Below, piece after piece: positions 44,086 to 45,858 of a stretch of DNA of 45,858 nt (position 1 is its first letter; each line of letters begins with the position of its first letter). The notes under the pieces were generated by a model. That model ran no database searches and was not told the DNA's origin. It saw nothing but the letters and a program-made list of their open reading frames with translations. Both the position numbers and the translations under genes were made by a program. This DNA is from a virus (lineage: Duplodnaviria > Caudoviricetes), in IMG/VR virus record IMGVR_UViG_3300015370_000002, positions 1 through 45,858 of that record. One strand, given 5' to 3'.

Positions 44086-44799
44086 TTACATACATGAGTC
44101 AGTTGAAGCTGTTAATACTCCGTCTAGTACGGTGATGTAAGTTATACCAGCACCGTCAGTATCTTGCATTGGTATACAACCAGGTTGGCTAGTATCGCCA
44201 ATAGCGAATGTCGATGTACCAGAACCACTTACAAAACTAAGCATACCAGACCCTGTTGAACCTAAATTACAATCTACATTGGCATCAGTACCAGCACATG
44301 TAATATTTGGTCCAGTCCCAGTATCACCACTAGATATTTCTAAATAATTAACAGAATTATCAACTGGTGTGAATTTTAACATTGTGTTTACATTTCCTAG
44401 TGAATCCTCTGAACGAATTTCTTGATTGCCTACACCTGCACCACCTAGAAAGTCTAGCCTTCCATCATAATTCATTCCAAACAAATCACCGAAAGCATCA
44501 GCGATCACAAAACTTTTAGAAGAACTACTAATTACATCTGACCTAACAAAGAAAATTTCATCGAATGGAGTATTTGGATTATCTGCATCGTATGAACCAC
44601 CTCTGAAATAAAGCGAACCAGAGTCTACACCGATGGTGGAGCTATTAACAGCAGTTTTATAATTAGAGCTGATTGTAAACGATTCAGCTCCTCCAGCAGT
44701 ATCTGAAAGGCTGGTAATATAAGTAGCTTTTACTTGCAACCCTACCACAACACATGCGGTTATAACTATGGCTGCAAATATACCCAAGTATTTTTTCAT
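44086..44799 (-). CDS. Fibre/spike-like protein with signal peptide
   Basis: MKKYLGIFAAIVITACVVVGLQVKA; VNYLEI...GTDANVDCNLGSTGSG beta repeat; C-terminal GCIPMQDTDGAG. Confidence 0.6.
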   Translation of the reverse strand: MKKYLGIFAAIVITACVVVGLQVKATYITSLSDTAGGAESFTISSNYKTAVNSSTIGVDSGSLYFRGGSYDADNPNTPFDEIFFVRSDVISSSSKSFVIADAFGDLFGMNYDGRLDFLGGAGVGNQEIRSEDSLGNVNTMLKFTPVDNSVNYLEISSGDTGTGPNITCAGTDANVDCNLGSTGSGMLSFVSGSGTSTFAIGDTSQPGCIPMQDTDGAGITYITVLDGVLTASTDSCM

Positions 44800-44804
44800 A
44801 TATT

Positions 44805-45749
44805 TTATTTTACATACCACGTTGACGAGGTATTTATTTTAGTTATTTTAGTTGCGTTATAAAGAGTCGATATCTCATTACCTGTCAAAACTCGATTATA
44901 TATTCTCACATCATCCATCTTACCATCAAAATTGCCTTTTACAGTTGGATGATTAAGTGCTCCTACATAGATATTCTGTGCAGAAGAAAATTCACTCGGC
45001 TGAGTAGCACTAGAAGCCCTAGAAACTGCATTAAGATATAATCTAGTATTCTGTACCCCGTCATAAGTATAAACCAAGTGATACCAATTATTTGGATTAT
45101 TATTACCAGTAGTGGCTGAAGTAATAGTCACCAAACTACCACCACTACCTTGCCCAATACGACCAAATACACTACCGTTGGCGTTCATATATATCTGAAA
45201 ATATCTAGGTGCATCATAATAACCCATCATATTGACTGCTTCGACAACGTCTTGTTTATACCAAAATGCAATACTAAACGCACTTGTCTGACTGAATAAA
45301 GCATTTAAGTTGGTATTAGCTAGTGATACATAATCAGTATTACCATCAAAATCCCAAGCCTCATTTAATACACCATTAGCCCAAGAAGTGCCACCGTTAT
45401 TTGTTCCATTATCATTGTGTCTACTCTTATCAAAAATTGTATTACCATTCACATCATGGGCATCAAAATTCCAATAACCCAACATTCCATCTCTAACCGC
45501 ACCAGATACTTTTGTAACTCTATAAGCTGAATATCTTGCAATCTCGTCAGAAGTTAATAATCTTTGCCAAACTTTAAAAGAATGTATCTTACCGTCATGA
45601 CTTGACCCACCAGAAAAAGAAGCACCAATATATATATTGGCTGGATTTTGTGGTGTCCAAGCCGTAGCATCAGCTGTTAGTATTTGATTTCCATTTAACC
45701 AAACATTAGTATTGCCAGAAGTACCAGATATATGAATTGTATTTACTTC
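44805..45749 (-). CDS. C-terminal part of the LamG/concanavalin-A-like protein (starts at 498)
   Basis: GYWNFD, FDGNTDYV, FSIAFW, WYHLVYTYDG, FDGKMDDVRIYNRVLT; a preceding LamG unit ends KVWQRLLT. Confidence 0.9.
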   Translation of the reverse strand, partial: EVNTIHISGTSGNTNVWLNGNQILTADATAWTPQNPANIYIGASFSGGSSHDGKIHSFKVWQRLLTSDEIARYSAYRVTKVSGAVRDGMLGYWNFDAHDVNGNTIFDKSRHNDNGTNNGGTSWANGVLNEAWDFDGNTDYVSLANTNLNALFSQTSAFSIAFWYKQDVVEAVNMMGYYDAPRYFQIYMNANGSVFGRIGQGSGGSLVTITSATTGNNNPNNWYHLVYTYDGVQNTRLYLNAVSRASSATQPSEFSSAQNIYVGALNHPTVKGNFDGKMDDVRIYNRVLTGNEISTLYNATKITKINTSSTWYVK

Positions 45750-45858
45750 ATCTTTATTCCAATAAGGTTCGTAAGTTGCCAAAGGTATTGTCTCTACGAT
45801 TGTATTTCCTAACAATATATACAAAATATTATTTTGAACATCAGCCCCTTTCTGCACA
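45750..45858. repeat. Terminal direct repeat, copy 2
   Basis: Identical to 1-109. Confidence 0.97.

Noticed and set aside
45750-45858. 109-bp terminal repeat as a biological DTR
   Set aside because: It falls inside a coding gene that reads through the join; best explained as assembly overlap of a circular or permuted genome.

Overview
Complete, circularly assembled dsDNA tailed-phage genome of 45,749 bp: bases 1-109 are repeated exactly at 45750-45858, and one LamG gene reads through the join. The layout is podovirus-like (P22/T7-type short tail) in standard genetic code, with no recognisable integrase. The minus strand carries the packaging and head genes (terminase, portal, scaffold, major capsid), tail adaptor/nozzle, ejection proteins including a 2614-aa polyvalent protein (HNH, 2x ParB, zincin, adenine MTase), and a lysis-position papain-like protease plus holin-like genes. 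The plus strand (13.85-26.1 kb) carries replication and accessory genes: helicase-primase-ZnF fusion, C5 MTase, SSB-like, SF2 helicase, RecU-like resolvase and Acb2/Tad1-like. Mostly SD-less AT-rich starts and Thr/Ser-rich signal-peptide proteins suggest a Patescibacteria (CPR)-like host; this is inference only. Best leads: (1) two copies of an unrecognised structured RNA with a tRNA-like scaffold, each directly upstream of zinc-ribbon genes, one heading a GC-rich cassette of five tandem zinc-ribbon microproteins; (2) about ten structural-module proteins with signal peptides or membrane anchors; (3) an atypical tRNA (UAU anticodon, G-1:C73 pair, long variable arm); (4) a DnaA box beside the -35 of all four clear sigma70 promoters. 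All calls come from reading motifs by eye; no database searches were run.
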